Of a stretch of DNA of 32,000 nucleotides, positions 8,060 through 16,488 are shown one piece after another. The stretch is from assembly GCF_000020025.1 (NCBI RefSeq), contig NC_010628.1, forward strand, positions 1,020,001 through 1,052,000, written 5' to 3'. A program made the translations under genes and the position numbers. The notes below the pieces were generated by a model. The model ran no database searches. It was not told where the DNA came from and saw only the letters and a list, made by a program, of their open reading frames with translations. Numbering within the stretch: the first letter of the stretch is position 1; every line of letters begins with the position of its first letter. Origin of the DNA: Nostoc punctiforme PCC 73102. Its GTDB lineage: Bacteria; Cyanobacteriota; Cyanobacteriia; Cyanobacteriales; Nostocaceae.

Positions 8060-8113
8060 GTTTGTGGTGAGGGCTTCAGCCCTCATTTGAGGACTAAAAT
8101 CCTCACTACAAAC
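8060..8113. repeat. Nested-hairpin small repeat element (outer stem plus two inner hairpins)
   Basis: Outer stem gtttgtggtgagg / cctcactacaaac with one G:U-type mismatch. Inner hairpins gagggcttcagccctc and gaggactaaaatcctc. Confidence 0.5.
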
Positions 8114-8281
8114 CTTTAATTATTTACGCCGCTCTACTTACCACTATGCTTCATTAATAGGAAGTCGGTAAAATCACTTACTTCCTGAACTAAAGATTCT
8201 GGCATTTTGCCGGATTTATACCAATTGTTTGGTCTTGTAGGTTGATGATAAATGTTTTTAACTGGATTTCTCTTTATCCAC

Positions 8282-8316
8282 AAAAGTTAAAACCTGGCCA
8301 TTTATAATAGCCAGGT
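8282..8316 (-). terminator. Probable intrinsic terminator of asnS
   Basis: On the minus strand the stem acctggc/gccaggt (loop tattataaatg) is followed by ttttaactttt. It lies 17 nt downstream of the asnS stop. Confidence 0.5.
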
Positions 8317-8332
8317 CTACTAAATATTTAAA

Positions 8333-9724
8333 CTAAAATTCAGCACTTTGGGGTGTACGCGGAAAAGGAATCACATCGCGGATATTTCCCATACCCGTCA
8401 TAAATTGCACGAGTCGTTCAAAACCCAGTCCGAAACCAGCGTGGGGAACAGTACCATAACGACGTAAATCAAGATACCACCACAATTCTTCTGGCTTTAA
8501 TCCTTGCGCTAACACGCGGCGTTCTAAAACTTCTAGGCGTTCTTCACGCTGGGAACCACCTACAATCTCGCCAATTTTGGGTGCGAGAATATCCATTGCG
8601 CGGACGGTTTTTTCATCGTCGTTCAAGCGCATATAAAAAGCTTTGATTTGCGCTGGATAATCTGTAACAATTACTGGCTTTTTAAACTGTTGCTCAGCTA
8701 GGTAGCGTTCGTGTTCTGATTGTAAATCTAAACCCCAACTCACAGGATATTCAAATTTAACATCAGCTTTTTCTAAAACTTTGATGGCTTCTGTATAAGT
8801 TAACCGTTCAAACTGATTGTTAATAATATTTTCGGCTGTCGCCAATACAGATTTATCAATACGTTCATTGAAAAATTCCATATCTTCTGGGCAAGTTTCC
8901 AACACATATTTAAAAATGTGTTTGAGAAACGCCTCAGCTAAATCCATATCGCCTTCTAAGTCACAAAAAGCCATTTCTGGCTCAACCATCCAAAATTCTG
9001 CTAGGTGGCGGGAGGTGTTGGAATTTTCTGCACGAAAGGTAGGACCAAAGGTGTAGACGTTACTAAACGCCATTGCCATCACTTCCGCTTCCAACTGGCC
9101 GCTAACTGTTAAATATGTGGGTTTAGCAAAAAAGTCTTGGCTGTAATCTACTGCTTGGTTTTCTGTGCGGGGAATATTCTTTAAATCTAAACTGGTAACG
9201 CTAAACAGTTCACCCGCGCCTTCGCAGTCGCTAGCAGTGATGATGGGTGTGTGTACCCACAAAAAGCCTCTTTGTTGAAAAAATTGGTGAATTGCTGTCG
9301 AACAAGCATTTCTGACGCGAAAAACTGCACCAAAGGAATTAGTCCGCGATCGCAAATGTCCAATGGTTCGCAGAAACTCAAAGGAATGGCGTTTCTTTTG
9401 CAGGGGATATGTATCGGGATCAGCTTCGCCGTAAACTTTCACTGACTCGGCTTTCAACTCAATCCGTTGTCCTTTACCAAGGGAAGCCACTAGTACCCCT
9501 GTAGCCTCAACAGCAGCACCCGTATTCAGTTTTTTCAATATAGCTTCGTAATCTGGCAAATCCTGATTGATGACGACTTGCAAATTAGCTAGTGATGAGC
9601 CGTCATTGACTTCAATAAAAGCAAACCCTTTGGACTCACGCTTCGTCCGCACCCAGCCTTGCACTTGGAAGGACTCGTCAGGTTGACCACTTCGCAATAT
9701 TTCTGCAATCCGTCGATTTACCAT
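8333..9724 (-). CDS. asnS: Asparagine--tRNA ligase
   Basis: Class IIb signature [24 protein letters not shown], motif 3 [10 protein letters not shown] and an N-terminal OB fold ([21 protein letters not shown]). The track start at 9739 is TTG, so I use the ATG at 9724 ([10 protein letters not shown]). Confidence 0.95.
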   Translation of the reverse strand: MVNRRIAEILRSGQPDESFQVQGWVRTKRESKGFAFIEVNDGSSLANLQVVINQDLPDYEAILKKLNTGAAVEATGVLVASLGKGQRIELKAESVKVYGEADPDTYPLQKKRHSFEFLRTIGHLRSRTNSFGAVFRVRNACSTAIHQFFQQRGFLWVHTPIITASDCEGAGELFSVTSLDLKNIPRTENQAVDYSQDFFAKPTYLTVSGQLEAEVMAMAFSNVYTFGPTFRAENSNTSRHLAEFWMVEPEMAFCDLEGDMDLAEAFLKHIFKYVLETCPEDMEFFNERIDKSVLATAENIINNQFERLTYTEAIKVLEKADVKFEYPVSWGLDLQSEHERYLAEQQFKKPVIVTDYPAQIKAFYMRLNDDEKTVRAMDILAPKIGEIVGGSQREERLEVLERRVLAQGLKPEELWWYLDLRRYGTVPHAGFGLGFERLVQFMTGMGNIRDVIPFPRTPQSAEF

Positions 9725-9726
9725 AT

Positions 9727-10089
9727 TTACCCAGCACAAGACTTTAATATCCAGCCTATGATAACGCCCATTCCACCAAAGCGGACGGCTTGCCAGAAAG
9801 GTTTTTTCAGGCTACGCCAAGAAAATAACTGGCTTTCTAAGTTTAGTTCTAGCATTTCCAACTGCTGTTGAATTTGCCGCAGCTCTGCTTTGATTTCTGG
9901 TGTCTGAGATTTATTGTGCTTTAGTTGATCCCGGCGCTGTTGCCATTGTGCCTGTTGTTGGCGATCGCGTTGCACTTGATCGTAACGCTCTTTTAAGGAT
10001 AGGAGCGATCGCTCTACTTCCTCTAGTTCTTGTTCAAAATCTGGTTCGGGATTTTCTGCTGACGGCTGTGATTGTTTTGGCGGCTTCAT
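9727..10089 (-). CDS. Hypothetical protein with a Gln/Glu/Arg-rich coiled coil and a C-terminal TM anchor
   Basis: ATG start. ...[25 protein letters not shown]...[14 protein letters not shown]... then [18 protein letters not shown]. Its stop TAA (9727-9729) lies 2 nt before the asnS ATG. Confidence 0.6.
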   Translation of the reverse strand: MKPPKQSQPSAENPEPDFEQELEEVERSLLSLKERYDQVQRDRQQQAQWQQRRDQLKHNKSQTPEIKAELRQIQQQLEMLELNLESQLFSWRSLKKPFWQAVRFGGMGVIIGWILKSCAG

Positions 10090-10133
10090 TTACAAGTAGT
10101 AAAGTAGAAGTAAATCCAAATGTGCCAATAGTT

Positions 10134-10409
10134 ATGTCCCAATCTACCCAGCTGCCGAAAACCAGTCAACTGAATGAACTTAGTACTCTGGAACTAGCTC
10201 AAGCCCTCATGGAAAGACTGAGCATTTCCCCTAACGATTGGCATCGCCTCAAGTCTAACCGCAATTCCCGCGCTAATGAACAAGTGGCAGCAGCAATTGT
10301 GTATCTTTTAAAGAATCAGCCACAAGAAGCTCAAGCTAGATTAGAACAGGCAATTGGTTGGTTAGATCGCTCCATTTCCGCGCCTCCCTGTCCAACTCAC
10401 GGCAAGTAG
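10134..10409 (+). CDS. Small conserved cyanobacterial hypothetical protein (91 aa)
   Basis: The internal ATG at 10134 (MSQSTQLPKTSQLNELSTLELAQALMERL...GWLDRSISAPPCPTHGK) avoids the overlap with the opposite-strand gene that the 9900 track start creates. It resembles a small DUF-type protein I recall from cyanobacteria, but the name is not certain. Confidence 0.55.
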   Translation: MSQSTQLPKTSQLNELSTLELAQALMERLSISPNDWHRLKSNRNSRANEQVAAAIVYLLKNQPQEAQARLEQAIGWLDRSISAPPCPTHGK

Positions 10410-10410
10410 A

Positions 10411-10469
10411 GAATGGGGAATGGGGAATAATAATCAATCAAATAATAACTTTCCCCATTTCCCACTCCC
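10411..10469. repeat. Inverted GGGGAAT-type STRR arms forming a hairpin between convergent genes (probable bidirectional terminator)
   Basis: gaatggggaatggggaat (10411-10428) and ttccccatttcccactccc (10451-10469). There is also a direct repeat: caatcaaataataactttccccatttc (10435-10461) versus caatcaattaataactttccccacttc (10507-10533). Confidence 0.6.
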
Positions 10470-10537
10470 TCATAGGAAGTAAAGAATAGGAATAGTTAGT
10501 AAAAAACAATCAATTAATAACTTTCCCCACTTCTCTT

Positions 10538-10987
10538 TTAGCGTCGCAGAGATAATCCCCGGCGAGTTTCCATTTGTTTACAAAGCCTTAATTCTGTGCC
10601 TTTGCGGTTCCACTCTACCTGATCAAAAATTTGGTGGAGAAGACATAAACCACGACCACTTTCTGATTCATCTGGTGGTAAATAGTCTGTTGGCTCTTCT
10701 TCAATAGTAGATGAAGGAGTAAAGCCACTACCCTGGTCTGATATTATCCACCAATATTGATTATCAATTAAGGAAAAACGGACTACAACTGTTTTACTTG
10801 GGTCAAGATTATTGCCATGTTTAGCTGCATTTACTAGGGCTTCTTGAAGTCCTAGCCGCAGTTCTGCTTGTAATTTGGCTGGAATTTCTGCCAACAGTAA
10901 ATCTAATATTGGACAAAGGTAGAGGGTTGAGGCAAAACTAATAGTGCCCCAATAACGTGCAACTGGACGGAGTGAAATTGTAATCAC
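10538..10987 (-). CDS. Anti-sigma regulatory factor / RsbW-like Ser kinase (HATPase_c)
   Basis: N-box EALVNAAKHGN, DQGSGF and GRGLCLL G-boxes, 149 aa, GTG start. No STAS partner is visible in the window. Confidence 0.75.
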   Translation of the reverse strand: MITISLRPVARYWGTISFASTLYLCPILDLLLAEIPAKLQAELRLGLQEALVNAAKHGNNLDPSKTVVVRFSLIDNQYWWIISDQGSGFTPSSTIEEEPTDYLPPDESESGRGLCLLHQIFDQVEWNRKGTELRLCKQMETRRGLSLRR

Positions 10988-11378
10988 AAGAGAAACCCCA
11001 TAGCTTTCAGTTAGCTAGACATCAGTTTGCTATTACAGGCACCCTGATAAAACTTGAGGTGGTCATGCTGCCTTCAAACTTGCGTCTTTGAAACTAAATT
11101 TTGAAAATGCTAGGGAGCATTAGCCCTATAGTATGAGTTGAGATTGTTTGGATATATAACGGCTGCAATAATTTTGATAATGATCTTAGCAACTTAAAAA
11201 GATGCTAGTAATTTGACAGAGTATTGGGATACTCTAGTTGATTGCCGATTTGTCATTTACACAATCCAATTCATATTTCTAAGAACCTATGCAACTTGAA
11301 TTTATTTAAACGAAAAAGAATTTTTATTTTCAGCTTAATTCAATTTTAGCATCTTTAGTATGCACTAGACTAAAATTT

Positions 11379-12785
11379 TCAAATTTCAGTTTTTTTAAAG
11401 GAATTACTATCCTTGTGCAAATCTGATAGCACAAGAAAGGCGGCAGCTTCAACATGAGCAGTTTGAGGAAAAAAATCAGCAGGTTGTACCCGTGTGATGG
11501 TATATTGTCCGTCTTGACAAAGTAATTTCAGGTCACGGGCGAGGGTAGCTACTTTACAGCTGACGTAAACTATCCGAGATGGTTTCAGTTGCCGTAAAGT
11601 GTCTATGACAGCGCGATCGCATCCCTTACGTGGCGGATCGAGTATTACTACTTCTGGTATTGTGCCCATTTTTGGAAGCAATTTCTCTACTGCCCCGACA
11701 AGGAAAGTCACATTATCAATTCCGTTACAGTGGGCATTCAAAAGAGCTTGTTCTACTGCTGCTGGTTGCACTTCTAATCCTGTAGCAATACGAACTTTTT
11801 TGGCGAGGGGTAAAGTTAAAGTTCCAATACCACAGTAGGCATCAACTAGCAACTCATGCCCTTGAAGATTGAGTTCTGATTGAATTACCTGCAATAGTGC
11901 CTCTGCTGTTTCTGTATACACTTGGAAAAATGTATCTGGGCGTACTTGAAATTCCAGTCCAGCAAAATTTTCACGCAGGTGGGGGACTCCAGCGATGCAA
12001 CGAATTTCTGATCCGAATATAGCATTTGTGCGATCGCTATTGCGATTGAGCGACACTCCCACTAACTGCGGATAACGCTTTAACCATTCCTGCGCTTGGG
12101 TTTCAATTCCTGATAAATTCCAGTCTTTCACCACCAAAGTCAACAACATTTCTCCAGTGTGTCGGCCAATGCGTAAACCCAGATGGCGAATTTTTCCCTG
12201 ATGGCGCTGTTCGTCATAAATTTGCCAACCTTGTCGTTGAATATCTTGCTTAACTTCGGCAAGTAAGGGATTTAATCGCGCATCTTGAACTGGACATTGA
12301 TTTAAGTTAATTAATTGGTGACTACCTTTTTGGTAGTAACCAGCTTGTACCTGTCCTGTTGCCGATGTACCCAAAGGATATGTAGATTTATTACGGTAGC
12401 CCAAAGCAGAAGGGGCGGCGAGTACCGGATTTACTGGTGGTTGGACAAAACCGCCAATGCGCTCCATTGCTTGGATAACTTGATTTTGCTTGGCTACTAG
12501 CTGGTAGTCATAATTAATATGCTGCCACTGGCAACCACCGCATTTGTCCGCCACAATACAATTGGGTCTTATACGGTGGGAGGATGGCTCTAATAGCTCC
12601 TGGAGCTTCCCGTGGGCGTATTTTGGTTTAACATGAACCAAGCGGACAATGGCGCGATCGCCTGGTACAGTATCTGGGACAAACACTACACGCTCATCAG
12701 CGCGTCCCACACCATCGCCTGTATCACTCAGGTTAGCGATCGTCACTTCAATTAATTCACCCTGTTGCCAAATTATTTTAGTCAT
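11379..12785 (-). CDS. rlmD: 23S rRNA (uracil-C5)-methyltransferase, RlmD/RumA family (TRAM + Fe-S + SAM methyltransferase)
   Basis: N-terminal TRAM-like domain, Cys cluster CIVADKCGGCQWQH, SAM-binding DAYCGIGTLTLPLA, DPPRKG, catalytic VYVSC. Confidence 0.85.
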   Translation of the reverse strand: MTKIIWQQGELIEVTIANLSDTGDGVGRADERVVFVPDTVPGDRAIVRLVHVKPKYAHGKLQELLEPSSHRIRPNCIVADKCGGCQWQHINYDYQLVAKQNQVIQAMERIGGFVQPPVNPVLAAPSALGYRNKSTYPLGTSATGQVQAGYYQKGSHQLINLNQCPVQDARLNPLLAEVKQDIQRQGWQIYDEQRHQGKIRHLGLRIGRHTGEMLLTLVVKDWNLSGIETQAQEWLKRYPQLVGVSLNRNSDRTNAIFGSEIRCIAGVPHLRENFAGLEFQVRPDTFFQVYTETAEALLQVIQSELNLQGHELLVDAYCGIGTLTLPLAKKVRIATGLEVQPAAVEQALLNAHCNGIDNVTFLVGAVEKLLPKMGTIPEVVILDPPRKGCDRAVIDTLRQLKPSRIVYVSCKVATLARDLKLLCQDGQYTITRVQPADFFPQTAHVEAAAFLVLSDLHKDSNSFKKTEI

Positions 12786-12850
12786 TAGTCATTAGTTATT
12801 AGTTTTTTTCACCCTGCTCCCTGCTCCCCACTCCCCTGCTCCTTGCTTCC
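12783..12850. repeat. STRR arrays: CATTAGT-type heptamers followed by CTGCTCC-type heptamers
   Basis: cattagtcattagttattag then ccctgctccctgctccccactcccctgctccttgcttcc. The first array overlaps the rlmD start codon. Confidence 0.7.
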
Positions 12851-12959
12851 TCATTTGCCCAAATAGATAAATTCAATACATAAGTAGCTCCTATCTCTTC
12901 ACTTGTGTACCTCCGACTCGCTAAACTAACAGATAATATTTCAGGTGATTTCAATCATC

Positions 12960-13445
12960 ATGACTGTAATTAGCCAAGTTATTCTCAAAGCCGACGACGA
13001 ACTGCGTTATCCCAGCAGTGGCGAACTTAAAAATATCAAAGACTTTTTGCAAACCGGCGTACAACGGACGCGGATTGCGGCTACCTTAGCCGAAAACGAA
13101 AAAAAGATAGTTCAGGAAGCAACCAAACAACTTTGGCAGAAGCGTCCTGACTTTATCTCTCCAGGAGGTAATGCTTACGGAGAACGCCAACGTTCTCTAT
13201 GTATCCGTGACTTTGGCTGGTACTTACGTCTAATTACTTATGGTGTGCTTGCTGGCGACAAAGAGCCGATTGAAAAAATCGGTTTGATTGGTGTACGGGA
13301 AATGTACAATTCATTGGGCGTTCCCGTTCCTGGAATGGTAGAAGCGATCAATTCCCTCAAAACAGCCTCCCTTGGCTTATTGAGTGCGGAAGACGCTGCT
13401 GAAGCAGCACCCTACTTTGATTACATCATTCAAGCGATGTCTTAA
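12960..13445 (+). CDS. apcD: Allophycocyanin alpha-B subunit
   Basis: [65 protein letters not shown]...[10 protein letters not shown] is near-identical to ApcD as I remember it. The chromophore Cys context is RSLCIRD. The track start at 12945 is GTG, so I use the ATG at 12960. Confidence 0.9.
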   Translation: MTVISQVILKADDELRYPSSGELKNIKDFLQTGVQRTRIAATLAENEKKIVQEATKQLWQKRPDFISPGGNAYGERQRSLCIRDFGWYLRLITYGVLAGDKEPIEKIGLIGVREMYNSLGVPVPGMVEAINSLKTASLGLLSAEDAAEAAPYFDYIIQAMS

Positions 13446-13547
13446 TACAAAGTGTGTGTTGGTTCTAGGAGTATACTTCCGGCCTGTGGAGTGGGTGCAA
13501 GATATTAGCACTCAATAGGGATAAGATACCTAATTTGATCATACACT

Positions 13548-13606
13548 CCCCACAATTGGTAGTGGCTGTGGCAAAATATCTGTCAAGTTACCAACCAGTT
13601 GTGGGG
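13548..13606 (+). terminator. Long bulged hairpin downstream of apcD (possible terminator or RNA-stability element)
   Basis: ccccacaattggta pairs with taccaa(ccag)ttgtgggg, then aaatttattt. The tail is not a clean U-tract. Confidence 0.35.
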
Positions 13607-13664
13607 AAATTTATTTAAGTCTAGTTATGGGGCATTTCTTAAAGGATGAAGGACATACAGACAT

Positions 13665-13697
13665 AAAAAACCGACAGTCCTTGGTTAAGGCTGTCGG
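13665..13697 (-). terminator. Intrinsic terminator on the minus strand, downstream of the Gly-rich repeat gene
   Basis: Minus strand: ccgacag-ccttaaccaagga-ctgtcgg followed by tttttt. About 290 nt past the stop at 13984. Confidence 0.5.
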
Positions 13698-13983
13698 CAA
13701 TTAAGTGTGTTCCCTATTAATGACTCGGCTAGAGTTCAGTTGTCACTAATTATGCCTAGTTAGCGATCGCAGAGAGACGATCATAATCATAGATATGTGT
13801 GATTCTCGTCACTTGATTGTTACAGCTAAACTGCATATAGCCGAATAATCTCTGAGTCTTAGTAAATCTATGTAAATTTGGAACTAAGAATATATACGCT
13901 GGTAGGTGCTTTGTCAACTTAAGAGCAAATAACACCGATTAGACACTTAGAAGGTAAAACACGAGACAGAGAAATTCATAAAC

Positions 13984-16059
13984 CTATGCCTCGTTTGCTA
14001 AACTGCTGTAGCAGAAAGACCTATCTGCAAAGATAAATTTCTCAAAGCCTGTCGTAGACAAGCTAATGGAGTTTCCATTGCTGTTGAAAGTGATATTGGC
14101 ATTAAGGGTAGTGCCCGAAATAACCCTAGATACAAAGAGTTCAGAGCGATTGAAAGCGCTGAGATCGAGGGTGTCAAAACCATCTCCGCCATCAACAGTT
14201 GCAGCACCAAATCCTTTCAAGTAGTCATTCCCAGCGCCTAGAGCAATGTTGATTCCGCCACCGATGGTGACTTTTTGTTGAACTCCATCTAGGATGCTGG
14301 TGGCGATAATTTGGTCATTGCCGTTACCAGTCTTGATGATTCCTTCTCCATAAATACCATAGGCAGTACCACCAATTGTTGCTGTCGCCTGTCCGGTAAG
14401 CTTGTCAGAACCATTGCCAGTATCAATTATTCCATCGTTGACGATGCCATAGGCGGTGGAGTTTGTTCCAGAACTGTTGCCATCACCAGTAATCTTGTCA
14501 TTGCCCCACTCTGTAGTGATGGTGCCGTCTTTAGTGTTTTGAATGCCAGTTCCAGTACCTACATCGCCGATCCCACCAGGAGCGATACCGCCTTTGCCGC
14601 CAATGCCGGTACCGATAATTGTGTCCTCTCCGTTTTCGGTATCCAGTTTGCCAGTATTGGCAATCCCAATTCCAGTACCGCCTTTGCCACCGGCGCTCTC
14701 AGTAAGGCCATCTATGCTAGCCCCGCCATTACCACCAGCACCAGTGCCAGTGATAGTGTCGTTTTCGTTACCTGCATTCAGACTACCACTATTAACGATG
14801 CCTGTTCCAGTACCGCCCTCACCGAAGAAAAACTTGTCGCCACCCATACCGCCAGTACCGATACCAGCGATCGTGTCTTTTCCGTTCCCTCCATTCAGAC
14901 TACCAGTGTTAACGATGCCGGTTGCAGTACCGCCGTCGCCAGTATTAGGAAAGCCCTCCGCCCCGATACCGCCGATAGCTGTACCGACGATCGTGTCTTG
15001 CCCATCCCCTCCATTCAGACTGTTGCTGTTAGCAATACCGATTCCAATACCACCATTGCCAGAGTTGGGGCCGGTGCCACCGATGCCGCCAGTACCTGTA
15101 CCGACAATCATGTCGTTTCCGTTCCCTGCATTAATACTGCCACTGTTAGCGATACCAGTCCCGGTTCCGCCAGGAGTGCCGCCAAGGCTCCCCGAGCCGC
15201 TCTGGCGGCCAGTACCGATACCGACGATCGTGTCTTCTCCATCTCCGGTATGGAGTTGGCCACTATTGCTGATGCCAGTCCCATCTCCGCTCCTACCCGA
15301 TACGCGGCCGAAGCCGCCATTGCCGCCAGTACCTGTACCGGCAATTGTGTCGTTTCCGTTCCCTGCATTAATACTGCCACTGTTAGCGATACCAGTCCCA
15401 GTTCCGCCCTGACCGCCGCCTCCAGGTCGACCTACTCCATTCGCGCCGTTACCGCCAGTTCCAGTGCCGATGAGTGTGTCATTTCCATCTCCTGCATTAA
15501 TATTGCTACTGTTGCTGATGCCAGTCCCAGTTCCGCCCTTGCCACCGAGGAAGCTGCCGAAGCCACCGTTGCCGCCAGTTCCAGTGCCGCTGATCGTGTC
15601 ATTTCCGTTCCCTCCATTAATTTTGCTAATATTGCTGATGCCAGTCCCAGTTCCGCCATTGCCGTTAGCGGTGCTGCCGTCGGTGTTGCCGTCGGCGCCG
15701 TTGCCACCGTTACCGATGCCTGCGATCGCGTCTTTTCCATTTCCTGTATTCAGATTGCCACGGTTAGCGATGCCATTGGCATTCCCACCCTCAATGGAGC
15801 CGCCGATGCCGCCGATGCGACCAGTACCCGTGCCCTTAACGGTGTCATTCCCTGAGCGCGTACAAATGAAACCTCCAGTTAAAATATCAATACCTATTGC
15901 TGGAGATGCATTTAATTGTTCTCCGATCAGAGTGTCAGAACCGGGGGTGCCGATGAAATTGGGTGGAACGGTAAGTCTAGGCACGATCAAAATCCTCGCT
16001 ATTAGATTTAGTGCGGTCAATTTACTAATTGGAATGAGTAGTTTCTTAAAAGAATTCAC
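13984..16059 (-). CDS. Glycine-rich tandem-repeat protein with RTX-like (GxGxDxI/L) calcium-binding-type motifs; probably secreted or surface beta-roll/beta-helix
   Basis: 691-aa ORF. About 12 units of roughly 40 aa of the form GTGTGI(A/S)NSGSINAGNGNDTI(A/V)GTGTGGNGG.... Flanking GSDTLIG and GAGNDYLKG...DGGDGFDTLDL motifs and a C-terminal FEKFIFAD. GTG start at 16059 preceded by aaagga. No ATG in the first roughly 300 codons. Confidence 0.8.
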   Translation of the reverse strand: MNSFKKLLIPISKLTALNLIARILIVPRLTVPPNFIGTPGSDTLIGEQLNASPAIGIDILTGGFICTRSGNDTVKGTGTGRIGGIGGSIEGGNANGIANRGNLNTGNGKDAIAGIGNGGNGADGNTDGSTANGNGGTGTGISNISKINGGNGNDTISGTGTGGNGGFGSFLGGKGGTGTGISNSSNINAGDGNDTLIGTGTGGNGANGVGRPGGGGQGGTGTGIANSGSINAGNGNDTIAGTGTGGNGGFGRVSGRSGDGTGISNSGQLHTGDGEDTIVGIGTGRQSGSGSLGGTPGGTGTGIANSGSINAGNGNDMIVGTGTGGIGGTGPNSGNGGIGIGIANSNSLNGGDGQDTIVGTAIGGIGAEGFPNTGDGGTATGIVNTGSLNGGNGKDTIAGIGTGGMGGDKFFFGEGGTGTGIVNSGSLNAGNENDTITGTGAGGNGGASIDGLTESAGGKGGTGIGIANTGKLDTENGEDTIIGTGIGGKGGIAPGGIGDVGTGTGIQNTKDGTITTEWGNDKITGDGNSSGTNSTAYGIVNDGIIDTGNGSDKLTGQATATIGGTAYGIYGEGIIKTGNGNDQIIATSILDGVQQKVTIGGGINIALGAGNDYLKGFGAATVDGGDGFDTLDLSAFNRSELFVSRVISGTTLNANITFNSNGNSISLSTTGFEKFIFADRSFCYSSLANEA

Positions 16060-16488
16060 AGAATCCTTTCTTCAAAAGCCACTCAGTGATTGAGTTCGCT
16101 GTTGTATGAGTCACTTCAAGCGAATAAATGTCAACGAAATAATTGAGATTGCAGCCCATTAAAACTTGCGATCGCATCCTATGAATTTTTTCTGCATTCA
16201 ACTAGTGGAACATCTGACAGGCTGATAGCCATTTTTATAATCTGGAAATGACCTATGCATATTACAAGGGAATAAAATTTTATTACTTCAATTTTGCCAG
16301 TATATTTACCAATAATTCAGCGTTGAATACAATCTATCTTTAGGTATACAAAAATATGTATTTTTAAGTAAATTTATTTATTTTTTTAAATTTTGAGCGT
16401 TATATAGTCATGAACTATCCTAATAAATGCACCTACAGGGCAAGTAAATCGGTAGAATAATGCTCTGTACAATTGGTGCATAATTTCC

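Noticed and set aside
9725-9739. Longer asnS start (TTG at 9739); likewise the apcD GTG at 12945, the pstS TTG at 30758, the DUF92 TTG at 1733 and the 109-aa version of 20713-21042
   Set aside because: In each case an in-frame ATG a few codons downstream gives the N-terminus typical for the family ([10 protein letters not shown]; [19 protein letters not shown]), or avoids translating heptamer repeats.
9900-10133. N-terminal 78-aa extension of the 169-aa plus-strand ORF
   Set aside because: It overlaps the opposite-strand coiled-coil gene for 190 nt and has an odd V/A/L-rich composition. The internal ATG at 10134 gives a compact protein whose sequence looks conserved.
14311-15855. Long plus-strand ORFs antisense to the Gly-rich gene (514 aa at 14311-15855; 289 aa at 14543-15412; 209 aa at 15464-16093) and short same-strand out-of-frame ORFs (15108-15380, 15432-15740)
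   Set aside because: They are side effects of a GC-rich, stop-poor tandem repeat. Their products are monotonous (PVPVPP..., SSTA...) with no start context. Only the minus-strand frame has coherent RTX-like motifs plus non-repetitive termini.
16425-16445. NtcA-like half site (tgtacaattggtgca) upstream of purL, and other GTA...TAC spacings in spacers
   Set aside because: None fits GTA-N8-TAC exactly. Only one half-site matches.
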